From: an uncultured Sulfolobales archaeon
GTDB taxonomy: Archaea > Thermoproteota > Thermoprotei_A > Sulfolobales > NBVN01
Assembly: GCA_938045815.1 (NCBI GenBank)
Contig: CALIBI010000007.1
Coordinates: forward strand, 19,864-83,863
DNA length: 64,000 nt
Reading direction: 5' to 3'
The position numbers and the translations under genes are program-made. Positions 52,093 to 62,183 of the stretch are shown one piece after another (position 1 is the first letter of the stretch; each line of letters opens with the position of its first letter). The notes under the pieces were generated by a model. The model searched no databases. It was not told where the DNA came from and saw nothing but the letters and a program-made list of their open reading frames with translations.

Positions 52093-52587
52093 TTAAGGTA
52101 CTGGCTTATAGATCAACTTCTTCAGAGCTCTAACCCTTAATTCTTTAGCTACCTCAGCTGTAGTGCCCCACACTATAGCTCTGGTCGGACACATAGATAC
52201 ACATCCAGGCGTTAATCCTTCAGATCTTAGTGGGTTACATAAGTCACACTTAGTAGCAAATCCAGGCGGTATTATCTCGGGGATCCCGAAAGGACAGGCA
52301 GCTAAGCACGCAGAACATCCTATACACTTAGAAATATCTACTAAGACAGCGCCGTCCTTATCCCTATGCATAGCTCCAGTAGGGCATGCCGTAACGCAGG
52401 GTGCCTTAGCGCAGTGGAAGCACGATATAGGTTTGTTAAGTCCTCCCCCTATATCATACAACACTATGTAGCCCTTACCCTCGTGTATGAAGGAGCATAC
52501 TTCCTCACAGGTATAGCAACCTATACATACGTCATAATTTATTACTCGATTCACTCCCCCGTACTTACTAAAGGTTTCTAAATCCAT
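52093..52587 (-). CDS. 4Fe-4S polyferredoxin (HydN/DmsB-like electron-transfer subunit)
   Basis: CIGCYTCEEVC, CFHCAKAPCVTACP, CIGCSACLAACP and KCDLC...PGCVSMCP. Confidence 0.9.
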   Translation of the reverse strand: MDLETFSKYGGVNRVINYDVCIGCYTCEEVCSFIHEGKGYIVLYDIGGGLNKPISCFHCAKAPCVTACPTGAMHRDKDGAVLVDISKCIGCSACLAACPFGIPEIIPPGFATKCDLCNPLRSEGLTPGCVSMCPTRAIVWGTTAEVAKELRVRALKKLIYKPVP

Positions 52588-52588
52588 C

Positions 52589-53644
52589 TCACACCACCTT
52601 CTTAGCTCTTAAGAAATGATCTAGGTGTGTAGCAGCCCTTAATCCACTCCCGATGGCTTTACCAATCATTGAAGGACCTGTGACTACATCTCCCGCAGCA
52701 AAGACTTTCTCAATCCCTGTCTGCATTCTCTCATTAACTATTATTGTCTTCCTCTTCGGGTCTACTTTAACGCCATCGCATTCGGTGTTTAGTGGCGGGG
52801 TCGGTATCTCTCCTACAGCCGCTAGAACCATATCCGCTTCTATGACGTGTTCTGTGCCAGGCATAGGTACTGGTCTGGGTCTTCCGGTTTCGTCAGGCTC
52901 TCCTAGCCTCATTTTAACGAATTCTACCCCAACTGCTTTATCGTTTGACACAACAACTTTAGTTGGTTGGATAAGTTCTACCCACTTAACACCCTCGGAA
53001 ACCACCCTACGTACCTCATACTCCCCTGCAGGTGCTTCTCTGATGGTTCTTCTGTAGGTTAGGTAGACTTCCTTAGCGCCCTTCATTAAGGCTACTTCTG
53101 CAGCGTCTATCGCGCTATACCCCCCGCCAATAACAACGACTTTATTACCTACTGGCGGTTTGTGTGTCGTGTATCCTAACTCATATGTCCACCAACTATA
53201 GACGTATTCTAGAGCTGAGAAAACCCCCTTAGCGTTATCTCCTGGCACACCTAATCTCCTCGAAGACCATATACCAGTCGTTAGTAACACGGCATCATAC
53301 TCGTTTACGATTTTCTTCAGGTCAATCAAGTTATTAATAAACTCGTCACCCTCATCGTGTCTAGGTTCGCCGCAGAAAACCTTAGTCCTATAACTAAACT
53401 TAACGCCGAAGTTCTTTTCAAGGTCTTCAATCCCTTCGGTGATGCTGTCTCTATGTATTCTGTATGGGGGTATACCGAACATCATCATGCCTCCTGCGAG
53501 AGGTAATTTCTCGTAAACGTCTACTTCATACCCATAACATACTAGGTAGCCCGTAGCTGCTAGACCCGCTGGACCACCACCCACAACAGCTACTTTACCT
53601 CTACCGCCCGCCTGCCCTTTCTTGCACATGAAAGCAAATTTCAT
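52589..53644 (-). CDS. GltD/SudA-like FAD/NAD(P)H oxidoreductase, short form without the N-terminal Fe-S domain
   Basis: GGGPAG, GGMMMFGIPPYR, IGGGYSAID, YRRT, GEPDETGRPRP and FAAGDVVTGP. Confidence 0.88.
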   Translation of the reverse strand: MKFAFMCKKGQAGGRGKVAVVGGGPAGLAATGYLVCYGYEVDVYEKLPLAGGMMMFGIPPYRIHRDSITEGIEDLEKNFGVKFSYRTKVFCGEPRHDEGDEFINNLIDLKKIVNEYDAVLLTTGIWSSRRLGVPGDNAKGVFSALEYVYSWWTYELGYTTHKPPVGNKVVVIGGGYSAIDAAEVALMKGAKEVYLTYRRTIREAPAGEYEVRRVVSEGVKWVELIQPTKVVVSNDKAVGVEFVKMRLGEPDETGRPRPVPMPGTEHVIEADMVLAAVGEIPTPPLNTECDGVKVDPKRKTIIVNERMQTGIEKVFAAGDVVTGPSMIGKAIGSGLRAATHLDHFLRAKKVV

Positions 53645-53665
53645 CTTGCTTCATCACCTCATAAA

Positions 53666-53923
53666 TCAATCTGAAGCAATTATTAATTTGATGTAGGAGT
53701 TCTCAACTCTTTTCCCAGAAAGCTTCTCAATCACTTCCACATCACTAATTCTGACTTCCCCTCTCTTAAGTAGTTGATCTAATTCTTGAGCTGATAAAGC
53801 ATTTCTCACGTAGTCCAGCTCCACCACTTCTACATCCTCACAGACAGAGTACGGTGCTACATGATGCCTCGGAATAACAGCACCTGAACCATGTTCAACG
53901 CAGTAGTAGATCCTAACTCTCAA
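53666..53923 (-). CDS. Hypothetical protein within the hydrogenase operon
   Basis: 85-aa ORF overlapping the small-subunit gene; Cys/His-rich N-terminus (CVEH..HH..C). Confidence 0.6.
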   Translation of the reverse strand: MRVRIYYCVEHGSGAVIPRHHVAPYSVCEDVEVVELDYVRNALSAQELDQLLKRGEVRISDVEVIEKLSGKRVENSYIKLIIASD

Positions 53924-54461
53924 CAGCCGTCACCCTCCTGTGTTTTGATTTAGGCTGAAGAAGACCTAGCAACACTGCGGCACCATAAATAATTGCTTCA
54001 GGTCTTACAGGACATCCAGGAACGTAAACTACCTTATCTACCTCCACACCAGCTTCCTTAAGAATTTTTTCTAGGTTGGGATATCCTCCTAAGGTAGCGT
54101 AAGTATTGAACCATATCCCACCCCCAACACCGCAGGAGCCTAGAGCTAGCACGAGTCTAGGTCTCGGCATAGCCTTAATAGCCCTGACTACCTTACTTAT
54201 AGTCTTGATGGTGACAGGTCCTGTCAGCAGTATCAGGTCAGCGTGCCTTGGAGAACCAACCAACTTAATACCGAATCTCTCGACATCGAAGTAAGGTGTT
54301 AAAACGTCTAAGACCTCAATATCACACCCGTTACAGCTACCAGTATTTAAGTGGAAAACCCATATGCTTCTCTTAAGCTTACTAAAAGCTTCTTCAAGAA
54401 CATTAAGATTAAACTCCAGAGGCTCTAAGTTGGGTCTCCCTCCGTTACTCACCACTAACAC
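53913..54461 (-). CDS. Group-4 [NiFe]-hydrogenase small subunit (HycG/NuoB-like)
   Basis: GSCNGCDIE, SPRHAD, GSCG and VPGCPVRPE. Confidence 0.9.
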   Translation of the reverse strand: MLVVSNGGRPNLEPLEFNLNVLEEAFSKLKRSIWVFHLNTGSCNGCDIEVLDVLTPYFDVERFGIKLVGSPRHADLILLTGPVTIKTISKVVRAIKAMPRPRLVLALGSCGVGGGIWFNTYATLGGYPNLEKILKEAGVEVDKVVYVPGCPVRPEAIIYGAAVLLGLLQPKSKHRRVTAVES

Positions 54462-54963
54462 CCACCACCTTACTCCCTATCTTACGTGCGGTTAGTTTCT
54501 TCCTACACTCAGGACATACCTCGAGGAGGTCCTCAGGAACTTTATTCTCTATCCTCCTCTCAACCTCCTTAATAAGCTTCACTGTAGTAAAAGACTTACC
54601 GCAAATCCCGCACTTAACGGTTGTGTGAACCACCTCGTTATAAAGATCTCCTAACTCCCACGTAGCTAGCTCGAATTCCCTAGAAACCGTTATGGCTTTC
54701 TGAGGACACACGTAAGCACACATACCGCAGAAAATACACTTGCCTACGAAATACTTAAGTGTTGCTTCATCACCTTCGTAACTTATGGTCAGTGCTTTAG
54801 GAGGGCATATCCTCGTGCAGGCACCACACCCAACACACTTAACCGGGTCTACCTCAATTTTTCCTCTAAACTCAGGAGTAACTAATGGTGACTCGAAGGG
54901 GTACTTCCTTGTTGCGGTTCCTTCACGAACCGAGATAGAAAGCATCTTCAGGAATTTAACCAT
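54445..54963 (-). CDS. HycF/NuoI-like 2x[4Fe-4S] subunit
   Basis: T.KYPF....PEFRG, CVGCGACTRICP, CIFCGMCAYVCP and an extra CGIC...CPEC. Confidence 0.9.
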   Translation of the reverse strand: MVKFLKMLSISVREGTATRKYPFESPLVTPEFRGKIEVDPVKCVGCGACTRICPPKALTISYEGDEATLKYFVGKCIFCGMCAYVCPQKAITVSREFELATWELGDLYNEVVHTTVKCGICGKSFTTVKLIKEVERRIENKVPEDLLEVCPECRKKLTARKIGSKVVGVSGE

Positions 54964-56668
54964 CCTTCCACCTCCTCCTAGAAATAACCTCTAGAGGTAG
55001 TGTCTTAATATTACCTGATTTCAAGTTTATGATTAATGCTCTGTCAGTACATGAGAAGCATGGGTCTATGCTGGCTATAGTTAGTGGTGCGTCAGCTAAG
55101 TCAACTCCTTTAAGCATTATTGGGACTGCCTGGAGGTTCTGGTACGTCGGGGCTCTAACTCTCCACCTGTACGGCCCATAAAGATCTGTTATGACTACGT
55201 GTATTACCTCACCCCTAGGAGCTTCTACTGAGCCGATCCCTAACCTCATTGGTTGGGGTTCCCATCTCTCAGCTTTTATAGGACCGCTCGGCAGCATATC
55301 AATAAGTTGCTCAATTATGCTTATACTCTCAAAAACCTCGTCTATCCTAACCAGAGTTCTTGCTAAGTTATCGCCTTCAGTGTAAACAGGTACTTTGAAG
55401 TTGACGTAGTGATAAGCTGCGTAAGTGTAATCTTTTCTCACATCTCTCGCTAACCCGGAGCCCCTGGCAGTCGGGCCTACTAGAGAGTATGCTCTAGCCT
55501 CACCCCTAGGGAGTATGCCTGTACCTGTGAGTCTTGCCCTAACTTGCGGCACGCTGGTTGCAACATCTACGAACTCCTTAAATTCTTTCTTTAGCTGGTT
55601 TAACGTTTCTCTGATTTTAGGTATTTTATCCTTATCAATATCTTTCTTAACACCCCCAACTAAATCTATGCCGTAAGTCTTCCTACTACCCGTTAGTAGT
55701 TCTGCTAGCACCATGACTTTCTCTCTGATCCTCCAAGCATGCATGAAGCCTGTATCATAACCTAGCAAATGAAGAGCTACACCAAGCCATAGGAGGTGAC
55801 TATGCAGTCTCTCCACCTCAAGAACTATAGATCTTATGAAGTGTGCTCTCTCAGGTACTTCTATCCCTAGCGCGTCCTCAACCGCCTGAACGTAGCTAGT
55901 TGAGTGAACGAATCCGCAGATCCCGCAAATACGTTCAGCCAAGAAAGGAACTTGGTCATACTTCATGCTCTCCGCGAGTTTCTCAATACCTCTGTGAACC
56001 ATGAAACCAACATACCTCGCATCAACTACTTTCTCTCCTCTAACATACAGCTCGAAATACTCGGGCTCGTGAAGTGCTGGGTGGTAAGGACCAACAGGTA
56101 TTCTCACAACCTCCTCCACACCTAATTCAGAAATACGAGACACTACTTGAGGCTGGTACAACTTCTTTATTTCATCCATGCTAACATCCTTTCTTAGCGG
56201 GTAAAGCTCTTCCGGCCAGTCATCAGGCAGAACTAATCTCCTCAAAGCCCTGCCGTTGAATTCCACTCCTACGAGGTCGTGTGCTTCCAGCTCGTACCAG
56301 TCAGAAGCTCTGAAAAGATCACTTATGGTGTCTACCTTAACCCCGTCCGTTACAGGTACTTCAAAAACAATATTTGTTCCTTCACTATCAATCCCGAACA
56401 CGTAATAAAGCTTAATAAGACCCTCCCTAAGTCTCTCGTCTGAAGCACTCATAGTCCTGAAGTATAGGTCATGTTCTTTATAGATGTTCTCGAGAGCAGT
56501 TCGTAAGCAATTAGCTTTAATCTTTACTCTGATAGTAACACCACTCCTACTCAAACCTAGTAATGAATCCTTGCAAACACTAAGTGCTTTTGATAATATA
56601 GCGTGACTTCTAGGACCCCTAGATAATTCTTCTATCATTTCATTAAGCTCATTAAGATCATAACTCAC
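54956..56668 (-). CDS. Group-4 [NiFe]-hydrogenase large subunit (HycE-type NuoC-NuoD fusion)
   Basis: N-terminal WYELEAHDL..LPDDWP..YPLRKD, L1 motif ERICGIC, L2 motif DPCFSCTDR and a C-terminal extension. Confidence 0.92.
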   Translation of the reverse strand: MSYDLNELNEMIEELSRGPRSHAILSKALSVCKDSLLGLSRSGVTIRVKIKANCLRTALENIYKEHDLYFRTMSASDERLREGLIKLYYVFGIDSEGTNIVFEVPVTDGVKVDTISDLFRASDWYELEAHDLVGVEFNGRALRRLVLPDDWPEELYPLRKDVSMDEIKKLYQPQVVSRISELGVEEVVRIPVGPYHPALHEPEYFELYVRGEKVVDARYVGFMVHRGIEKLAESMKYDQVPFLAERICGICGFVHSTSYVQAVEDALGIEVPERAHFIRSIVLEVERLHSHLLWLGVALHLLGYDTGFMHAWRIREKVMVLAELLTGSRKTYGIDLVGGVKKDIDKDKIPKIRETLNQLKKEFKEFVDVATSVPQVRARLTGTGILPRGEARAYSLVGPTARGSGLARDVRKDYTYAAYHYVNFKVPVYTEGDNLARTLVRIDEVFESISIIEQLIDMLPSGPIKAERWEPQPMRLGIGSVEAPRGEVIHVVITDLYGPYRWRVRAPTYQNLQAVPIMLKGVDLADAPLTIASIDPCFSCTDRALIINLKSGNIKTLPLEVISRRRWKDG

Positions 56669-56704
56669 TTCTTCCTACCCCCTCTATTACTATGTTATTT
56701 ACGT

Positions 56705-57616
56705 TTAAATACCAATCCAAGTAAAAATCACCAAAACAATTAAAACAAGTAAGTAGTATGTGAACAAAGTCCTCACACCTATATCTACGCGTGTCCTCCC
56801 TAAGAGAGCAGCTACTACACCGTAAGCCAGGTAGAAACACATCGAAAGCAGTAAGGACATTGGGAAAACTACTAGTAGGGTGGGGAGGGAAGTTATGAAT
56901 GGGGTTGCTAAAGCTATAGCTACTAGAAGAGATAGAACGTACCTCATTAATAGGTGTGTGTATATGTAGAAGCCAAGTAGCTTACCACTAAACTCTATGA
57001 GAATTCCTGAAGCTAGCTCAGGTTCTGCTTCATGAATATCGAATGGTAAGCGACCACTACTAACGTACGTAGCGATTAGCAAGATCGCTAGGCTCGACAA
57101 ATAAATAATAAGTGTTGAGATCGAGTAATTAGTCACTAGCCTAAGACCTGAAAGAATAGAGAAGAAACTACCCACAACTAACCCGAGCTCGTTAAGTACT
57201 GTTAAGAGTATGCTTCTGTAGCTACCTATTAAAGCGAATGGGTTGGAAGTCGTAGCTGAAGCTACTAAACCTAAACTATGTGAAGCAGCAACGAGAACCA
57301 AAAACATAGCTAAGACTATTAAGTCTACGTTAGTAGTTAGTGTTAGAACTACGTAAACCACAGCATAAAGAGACATTAAAGTTACTAGTAGTGAGAGTAT
57401 GATCAGGAACGCCGCGGACTCCCCGCTAATAGGTATCTTGAGCTCCTTAACACCTAGCTTAAGTAAGTCGTACCATGTCTGAAAAAGAGTTGGTGGTCCA
57501 ATCCTGCTCTGTATTTTAGCTCGAACTTTCCTCTCAATACCGTCTAGTAGTGGGGGTAGGAAAGAAAGTATGGACATAAGCAAGAGAGAAAGTAAGGCTA
57601 TCGCTAAGGCCTCCAT
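56705..57616 (-). CDS. HycD/NuoH-like membrane subunit
   Basis: GIERKVRAKIQSRIGPP..Q..YDLLKL and RLPFDIHEAEPELASG...EFSG. Confidence 0.9.
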   Translation of the reverse strand: MEALAIALLSLLLMSILSFLPPLLDGIERKVRAKIQSRIGPPTLFQTWYDLLKLGVKELKIPISGESAAFLIILSLLVTLMSLYAVVYVVLTLTTNVDLIVLAMFLVLVAASHSLGLVASATTSNPFALIGSYRSILLTVLNELGLVVGSFFSILSGLRLVTNYSISTLIIYLSSLAILLIATYVSSGRLPFDIHEAEPELASGILIEFSGKLLGFYIYTHLLMRYVLSLLVAIALATPFITSLPTLLVVFPMSLLLSMCFYLAYGVVAALLGRTRVDIGVRTLFTYYLLVLIVLVIFTWIGI

Positions 57617-57975
57617 GCTAGAAACACCATGAATAACATCGTAAAAACTACTAGCAAGTTCATGTATAGGGAGGTAAAGGATAGAGCGTCCTCAACAAAC
57701 GAGGTTAAATCTATCAGATCCTTAGCGAACGCTTTATAGTACCTGTAGAGCGAAGACTCACCAACACTAAATATCTTGTATATACGGCTAGCAGCATCAA
57801 GTATGTGGTACGCGAACGATCTCTCTCCTCTCTCAAACTCCTGCCCCACATCATAGTAGAAACTCATCTTGACTGCTGAAGGAGCTAACTTCTTTAAGTA
57901 CTTACGTAGTATGTCACTAAGTCTACTCATGATTGACGCGGACTCAGAACTCAAGGCAGCATTCCCCCCAACCAA
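57604..57975 (-). CDS. C-terminal part (amphipathic helix + last TM) of the HycC/HyfB-like subunit, split off by a frameshift, or an MbhI-like small subunit
   Basis: Overlaps the upstream gene across a G6 run, has a single C-terminal TM and no clear RBS. Confidence 0.55.
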   Translation of the reverse strand: MVGGNAALSSESASIMSRLSDILRKYLKKLAPSAVKMSFYYDVGQEFERGERSFAYHILDAASRIYKIFSVGESSLYRYYKAFAKDLIDLTSFVEDALSFTSLYMNLLVVFTMLFMVFLAWRP

Positions 57976-59477
57976 GATTCTTCTCTAGCACTCCTTTTTA
58001 TGTAAGAGTAAGTATAGAATATGAGTACAGACATCATTGCTGTAGCTAGACTTATCGGAACCACGTAGATCAAGTCTAGCGAGATTACACCGGTGATCGC
58101 TACAACAACATAGATAGGTATCGTTAACACGATGTTGAGTATTGAGAGTCCTAGTTCTGAAGCTTCAGTACCGGTGCTCGGATTTAGTTCTTTAAGTTTG
58201 CTGGTGGATGTCGCCCCCCAGTAAACAGTTATGTATCTTAAGCCGTAAGCAACAGCTAAAGCAGCACCTAGAGCAGCAACTACTAGGAGTAACGCTGATG
58301 CTGTTGCTGATACCTGGTATACTGATACTAGTCCTGCCAGGAGTAGTATCTTTCCTAGGAATCCTAGTGTTGGTGGCGTGCCTATTAAGGAGAGGATGGA
58401 AAGTAATGCTGTCATGGTGGGTTTACTAGCTACTTTGGCTAGGTATCCTAGCTTGCTTAAGTCTCTGGTGTGCGTTATTATTTCAACAGTGCCTGAATTC
58501 ATGAAGAGAGTAGCTTTAAAAATTCCGTGAGCTACTGAGTAAACTAGTGCTGCAGTGAGGAGTAGGTCTATCTTGTAAGCGCCGTAGGATGCTAGCGCTA
58601 TCGCTATTAAGCTAGTATTCTCGATAGTGCTGTAAGCTAAGATCCTCTTAATATCTGCTTGTATGAGAGCTTGCAAACCACCGTAGATGACCGTTAGTGA
58701 CGCGAGAACTAGTAGTGCTTGATACACGTAAGCAGACTCAATAGCAGGTAACACTAGGTAGAATCCATAAATACCCATCTTAACCATCACTCCAGACAAG
58801 ATTGCTGAGGCCGGGGCTGGTGCTAGCGAGTGCGCGTCAGGCAGCCAGAAATGAAATGGTGCTACGGCGGCTTTCGCGAGCAACCCAACAGCTACTATTA
58901 AGTGCAGTACTGGATTAATGCCTAGTAAGTTAGTGCTTAGTTCGTTAAGAGGTAACTGAAAAGCTTCCGCGAAGCCTAGCCTTATAGCTGTGGATCCAAG
59001 TATCGTGAGAAGAGCTACGTCTGCCGGAACCATAGAAACAAGTAAGTACCTGAGTCCAGCTATTAAAGTCCTTCTCTCCACCTCAAAAACTATTGCAAAG
59101 AAACCTACTATCTCAGCGAAAAGCCAGAACATCACGAAGCCTACTAAATTCTCTGATATGAACACTAAGTAAATACTTAAAGCGAATAGGTCTATCAATA
59201 TCGTTAAGTTTCTTCCCGGGTATTTGTGATGCTCGTAACGCGCAGTATATGGTGTTACGAACAACGCTACTATCGAAGCTAGTAAAGCAAACAAACCTCT
59301 AACAAGACTTAAAGGTTGACTAATTATTACTACAGAGTAGAGTAACATCACTGTGGGAGAACCATACCTCAGGATTAGTGATGCTCGCGGGTGTCTAGTC
59401 TTAACTACGTTACCTACAACGTAGAGCAGGAAAGAGACGAAAGCAATAACGTAAGGATATAACCACCTATCCATCAT
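57951..59477 (-). CDS. HycC/HyfB (NuoL/M/N-like) proton-translocating subunit
   Basis: KAAVAPFHFWLPDAHSLAPAPASAILSGVMVKMGIYG, DIKRILAYSTI and HGIFKATLF. Confidence 0.9.
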   Translation of the reverse strand: MMDRWLYPYVIAFVSFLLYVVGNVVKTRHPRASLILRYGSPTVMLLYSVVIISQPLSLVRGLFALLASIVALFVTPYTARYEHHKYPGRNLTILIDLFALSIYLVFISENLVGFVMFWLFAEIVGFFAIVFEVERRTLIAGLRYLLVSMVPADVALLTILGSTAIRLGFAEAFQLPLNELSTNLLGINPVLHLIVAVGLLAKAAVAPFHFWLPDAHSLAPAPASAILSGVMVKMGIYGFYLVLPAIESAYVYQALLVLASLTVIYGGLQALIQADIKRILAYSTIENTSLIAIALASYGAYKIDLLLTAALVYSVAHGIFKATLFMNSGTVEIITHTRDLSKLGYLAKVASKPTMTALLSILSLIGTPPTLGFLGKILLLAGLVSVYQVSATASALLLVVAALGAALAVAYGLRYITVYWGATSTSKLKELNPSTGTEASELGLSILNIVLTIPIYVVVAITGVISLDLIYVVPISLATAMMSVLIFYTYSYIKRSAREESWLGGMLP

Positions 59478-59572
59478 TTACTACCCCTACTAATACTCTA
59501 GTCTCACTACTTAAAAATACATAAATATTTACCCCATTATATAAAGATCTCCTCAAATCATTTAAATCCATT
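59478..59572 (-). promoter_or_regulatory. AT-rich spacer with probable internal promoter for the hydrogenase module
   Basis: Largest gap in the cluster; TTTATATAA (59537-59545) and TTTTTAA (59511-59517) on the minus strand. Confidence 0.4.
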
Positions 59573-61246
59573 CTAACCACCTCCGAGAACCTTACTTAAC
59601 TCACTCACTGAGTTAACATACTTACTTAAACCTTCAATACTTAACAAATTCTCAGCGTAACTCATAAACACATTAATTACGGCTCCCTGGATGATCATAA
59701 TCCCCAAAACAACTAGTGAGGCCGTTAAGACTAAGAGTATTAGTGTCGGGATGAGTAAGCGGTCTTGCTTTACCTCTTCTTCTTTAGAGCTCCTGCTCAC
59801 GACTAAGGTATAGATGACTTTGAAGTAACCGAGAGCTGAGATTCCCGAAATAAGAATTACGGATATAGCGTGAATAGGTAAACCAGCGTTCATTAATGCG
59901 GTGAACATTATGAACTTACTGAAGAATCCTGCCAGAGGCATAAGACCTAGTAGACTCAGGAAACTTAAAACTATGGAGGCTGTGAGTAGTGGGTATCTAC
60001 TACCTAAGCCCTGCATTTTAGTCAGGTTCGTGGAACCTACTACTACTGAGAGTGTTCCTAAGCCTATAAACAACGCAAACTCACCGATAGCGTGAGTTAT
60101 CATATGGAGTAAGATACCGCTTAGAGCTTCGGCTGAAGCACTTAAGGGAATCTTAGAAACCAGCGCACCAAAAGAAGTAAATATTATCCCGATATGGCTT
60201 ATCGTCGAGTAGGTAAGCAATCTTTTCACGTTTTTCTGGGGGAACATGAGTAAGGCTCCTAAGTAACCCGTAACTAAGCCGAGGAAACTCAGTATCATGA
60301 GGATGAGGTCCCTGAAAGCAATACCCCATAAAGGAAACGCTAATACCGCGCCGTAAGCCGTAAACAGTGTTACGAAGAGTCTGATAACGCCGTAAGTACC
60401 GACCTTATCAACAATTCCCGCGAACAGGGCTGAGGCAGGGGTTGGTGATTCTGTGTAAGCACTAGGCATCCAGTAGTTGTTAGGGAATAAGCCGGCCTCA
60501 AAATTCAGCGCCCATAACATTAGGGCTACTGCTAACGCGGAACTTATGAATACGTTACCATAACACCACTCACCAACACACCTACCAGACCAACTCTCTA
60601 GATACTTAGATATTAACTGAGGGTCTTGGTGTGTCTTAACTACTAAATCCGCGATATTCACTGTTCCGAAGGACGCGTAAATAAAAATAACACCGAAAAA
60701 GAAGAGCATAGTAGCTAGGGCTCCTATAAAGCTGTACGCCACAGAAGCTTCAACAGCCCACTTCCTCCTCCTGAAAAACGCTACTAACGCGTAGGAAGAG
60801 ATGCTGAGTACCTCAAGCATCACGAAAAAATTGAAAAGATCTCCTGTGTAGAGGCAGCCAAGAACACCAGCTAACAGTATGAGGGTTAGTGTTGAGAGCC
60901 ACTCATACCCTGACTCAATCTTACCAAAGTACCAGTACATGTAGAGTGACGAGAAAAAGAATAAGGTAGCTGCTAGGAAGCCTAGAACCCCATTAAGAAA
61001 ATCAACAACGTAAACAATGCCTAGAGGTGGTGGCCACCCACCGAAAGAGTATGTCAGGACATTGCCTTTAACTACTTCTACTAAGTTAATTAATGTCAGA
61101 ACTGCAACTGAGAAGGTAGTTACGGTGGTTATGGTAGCGTAGAGAAAACGAGACCTGAACTTAAGTGTTAGAATAGGCATTATGAAAGCAACTAAGACAG
61201 GCACCACGGTCACTAAACCAACTGAGGGCTCGTTCATTCTGCTCAC
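59573..61246 (-). CDS. mnhD: Mrp/Mnh Na+/H+ antiporter subunit D
   Basis: FGGWPPPLGIV, TGDLFNFFVMLEV, SSYALV and KRLLTYSTISHIG. Confidence 0.88.
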   Translation of the reverse strand: MSRMNEPSVGLVTVVPVLVAFIMPILTLKFRSRFLYATITTVTTFSVAVLTLINLVEVVKGNVLTYSFGGWPPPLGIVYVVDFLNGVLGFLAATLFFFSSLYMYWYFGKIESGYEWLSTLTLILLAGVLGCLYTGDLFNFFVMLEVLSISSYALVAFFRRRKWAVEASVAYSFIGALATMLFFFGVIFIYASFGTVNIADLVVKTHQDPQLISKYLESWSGRCVGEWCYGNVFISSALAVALMLWALNFEAGLFPNNYWMPSAYTESPTPASALFAGIVDKVGTYGVIRLFVTLFTAYGAVLAFPLWGIAFRDLILMILSFLGLVTGYLGALLMFPQKNVKRLLTYSTISHIGIIFTSFGALVSKIPLSASAEALSGILLHMITHAIGEFALFIGLGTLSVVVGSTNLTKMQGLGSRYPLLTASIVLSFLSLLGLMPLAGFFSKFIMFTALMNAGLPIHAISVILISGISALGYFKVIYTLVVSRSSKEEEVKQDRLLIPTLILLVLTASLVVLGIMIIQGAVINVFMSYAENLLSIEGLSKYVNSVSELSKVLGGG

Positions 61247-61753
61247 CTAATCAAAAATTTTTAAGGCGTATTCGTCAAAAACCTTACTTACCTCCTTATA
61301 GGACTCCTCAGGTTCCGTTGTCTTCGCGTATATCCAGTGAACGTAGATATTCCCTTTCTCCTTATTAAGATCAATAACGACAGTACCTGGAGTATTAGTT
61401 ATGGAGAGAGAAACTAGAGTTATTCCGTAATCGTCCCTAGTTTTTATGGGAATCTTAACTATAGCAGGCCTTAAATCTAGTTTAGGACTTAAACTCAATC
61501 TAATTAGGAGTAAGTGAGCCTTAACTTCGTCTATGAAGAAATACCTAAGAGCAAACCTAACTAAGTTGCTAAACCTCCTCAAACTTATACTCTTCCTCCA
61601 GTCTTCTACTAGCAAGCTTGAGGTGAGTATCCCTACGATGAGAGCTACTAAAACGCCTGTGAAGATATCGTAGAGTCTTAAAGACCCTGTGTACGTCACG
61701 TAGATAATGAATGAGAGTATTACCGGAACTATAGACTTATACAGCCTCTTCAT
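61247..61753 (-). CDS. mnhE: Mrp/Mnh antiporter subunit E
   Basis: PAIVKIP, SITNTPGTVVID and YVHWI. Confidence 0.88.
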   Translation of the reverse strand: MKRLYKSIVPVILSFIIYVTYTGSLRLYDIFTGVLVALIVGILTSSLLVEDWRKSISLRRFSNLVRFALRYFFIDEVKAHLLLIRLSLSPKLDLRPAIVKIPIKTRDDYGITLVSLSITNTPGTVVIDLNKEKGNIYVHWIYAKTTEPEESYKEVSKVFDEYALKIFD

Positions 61754-62183
61754 GTATGTACACCCTCTTGCTTCTGCCTATTTCGTCTACGTTCACTGTC
61801 TTAAAGTGATAACTTACGTGGAGTACTATAGTGGTTAGGAAGAGAGTTACGGCTAGACCTATGACTATGGCTGTCAAAACAAAGGCTTGTGGTAGTGGGT
61901 CAACAGACCTCTCCACAAACTCTCTGAGAGTCTCTGAAGTAGGGCTTAGGTCTGTCAAGACTGGTGGTTGCAGCAGGAGTCCAGGTCTCCAGAGCTTATA
62001 ACCAACTAAGATCGTGAACATATTTACTGTATCCTGAAATATCGTTAGAGCTATGAGTTTCTTCACTAAGTTAGCTTTAGCTACCACGCCGTAAAGCGAT
62101 ATAGCTATGTTGAAGTAGAGCGATATCACAGTAAGCATAAACATAAACTTAATTAACTCAATATCCACGTTCCTCACCCTCAA
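61737..62183 (-). CDS. mnhC: Mrp/Mnh antiporter subunit C
   Basis: NLVKKLIAL and DPLPQAFVLTAIVIGLA. Confidence 0.9.
   Translation of the reverse strand: MRVRNVDIELIKFMFMLTVISLYFNIAISLYGVVAKANLVKKLIALTIFQDTVNMFTILVGYKLWRPGLLLQPPVLTDLSPTSETLREFVERSVDPLPQAFVLTAIVIGLAVTLFLTTIVLHVSYHFKTVNVDEIGRSKRVYIHEEAV

Noticed and set aside
54956..56668. Complex I (Nuo) or Mbx/Mbs sulfane reductase instead of a hydrogenase
   Set aside because: Both CxxC Ni-binding motifs and a cleavable C-terminal extension are present.
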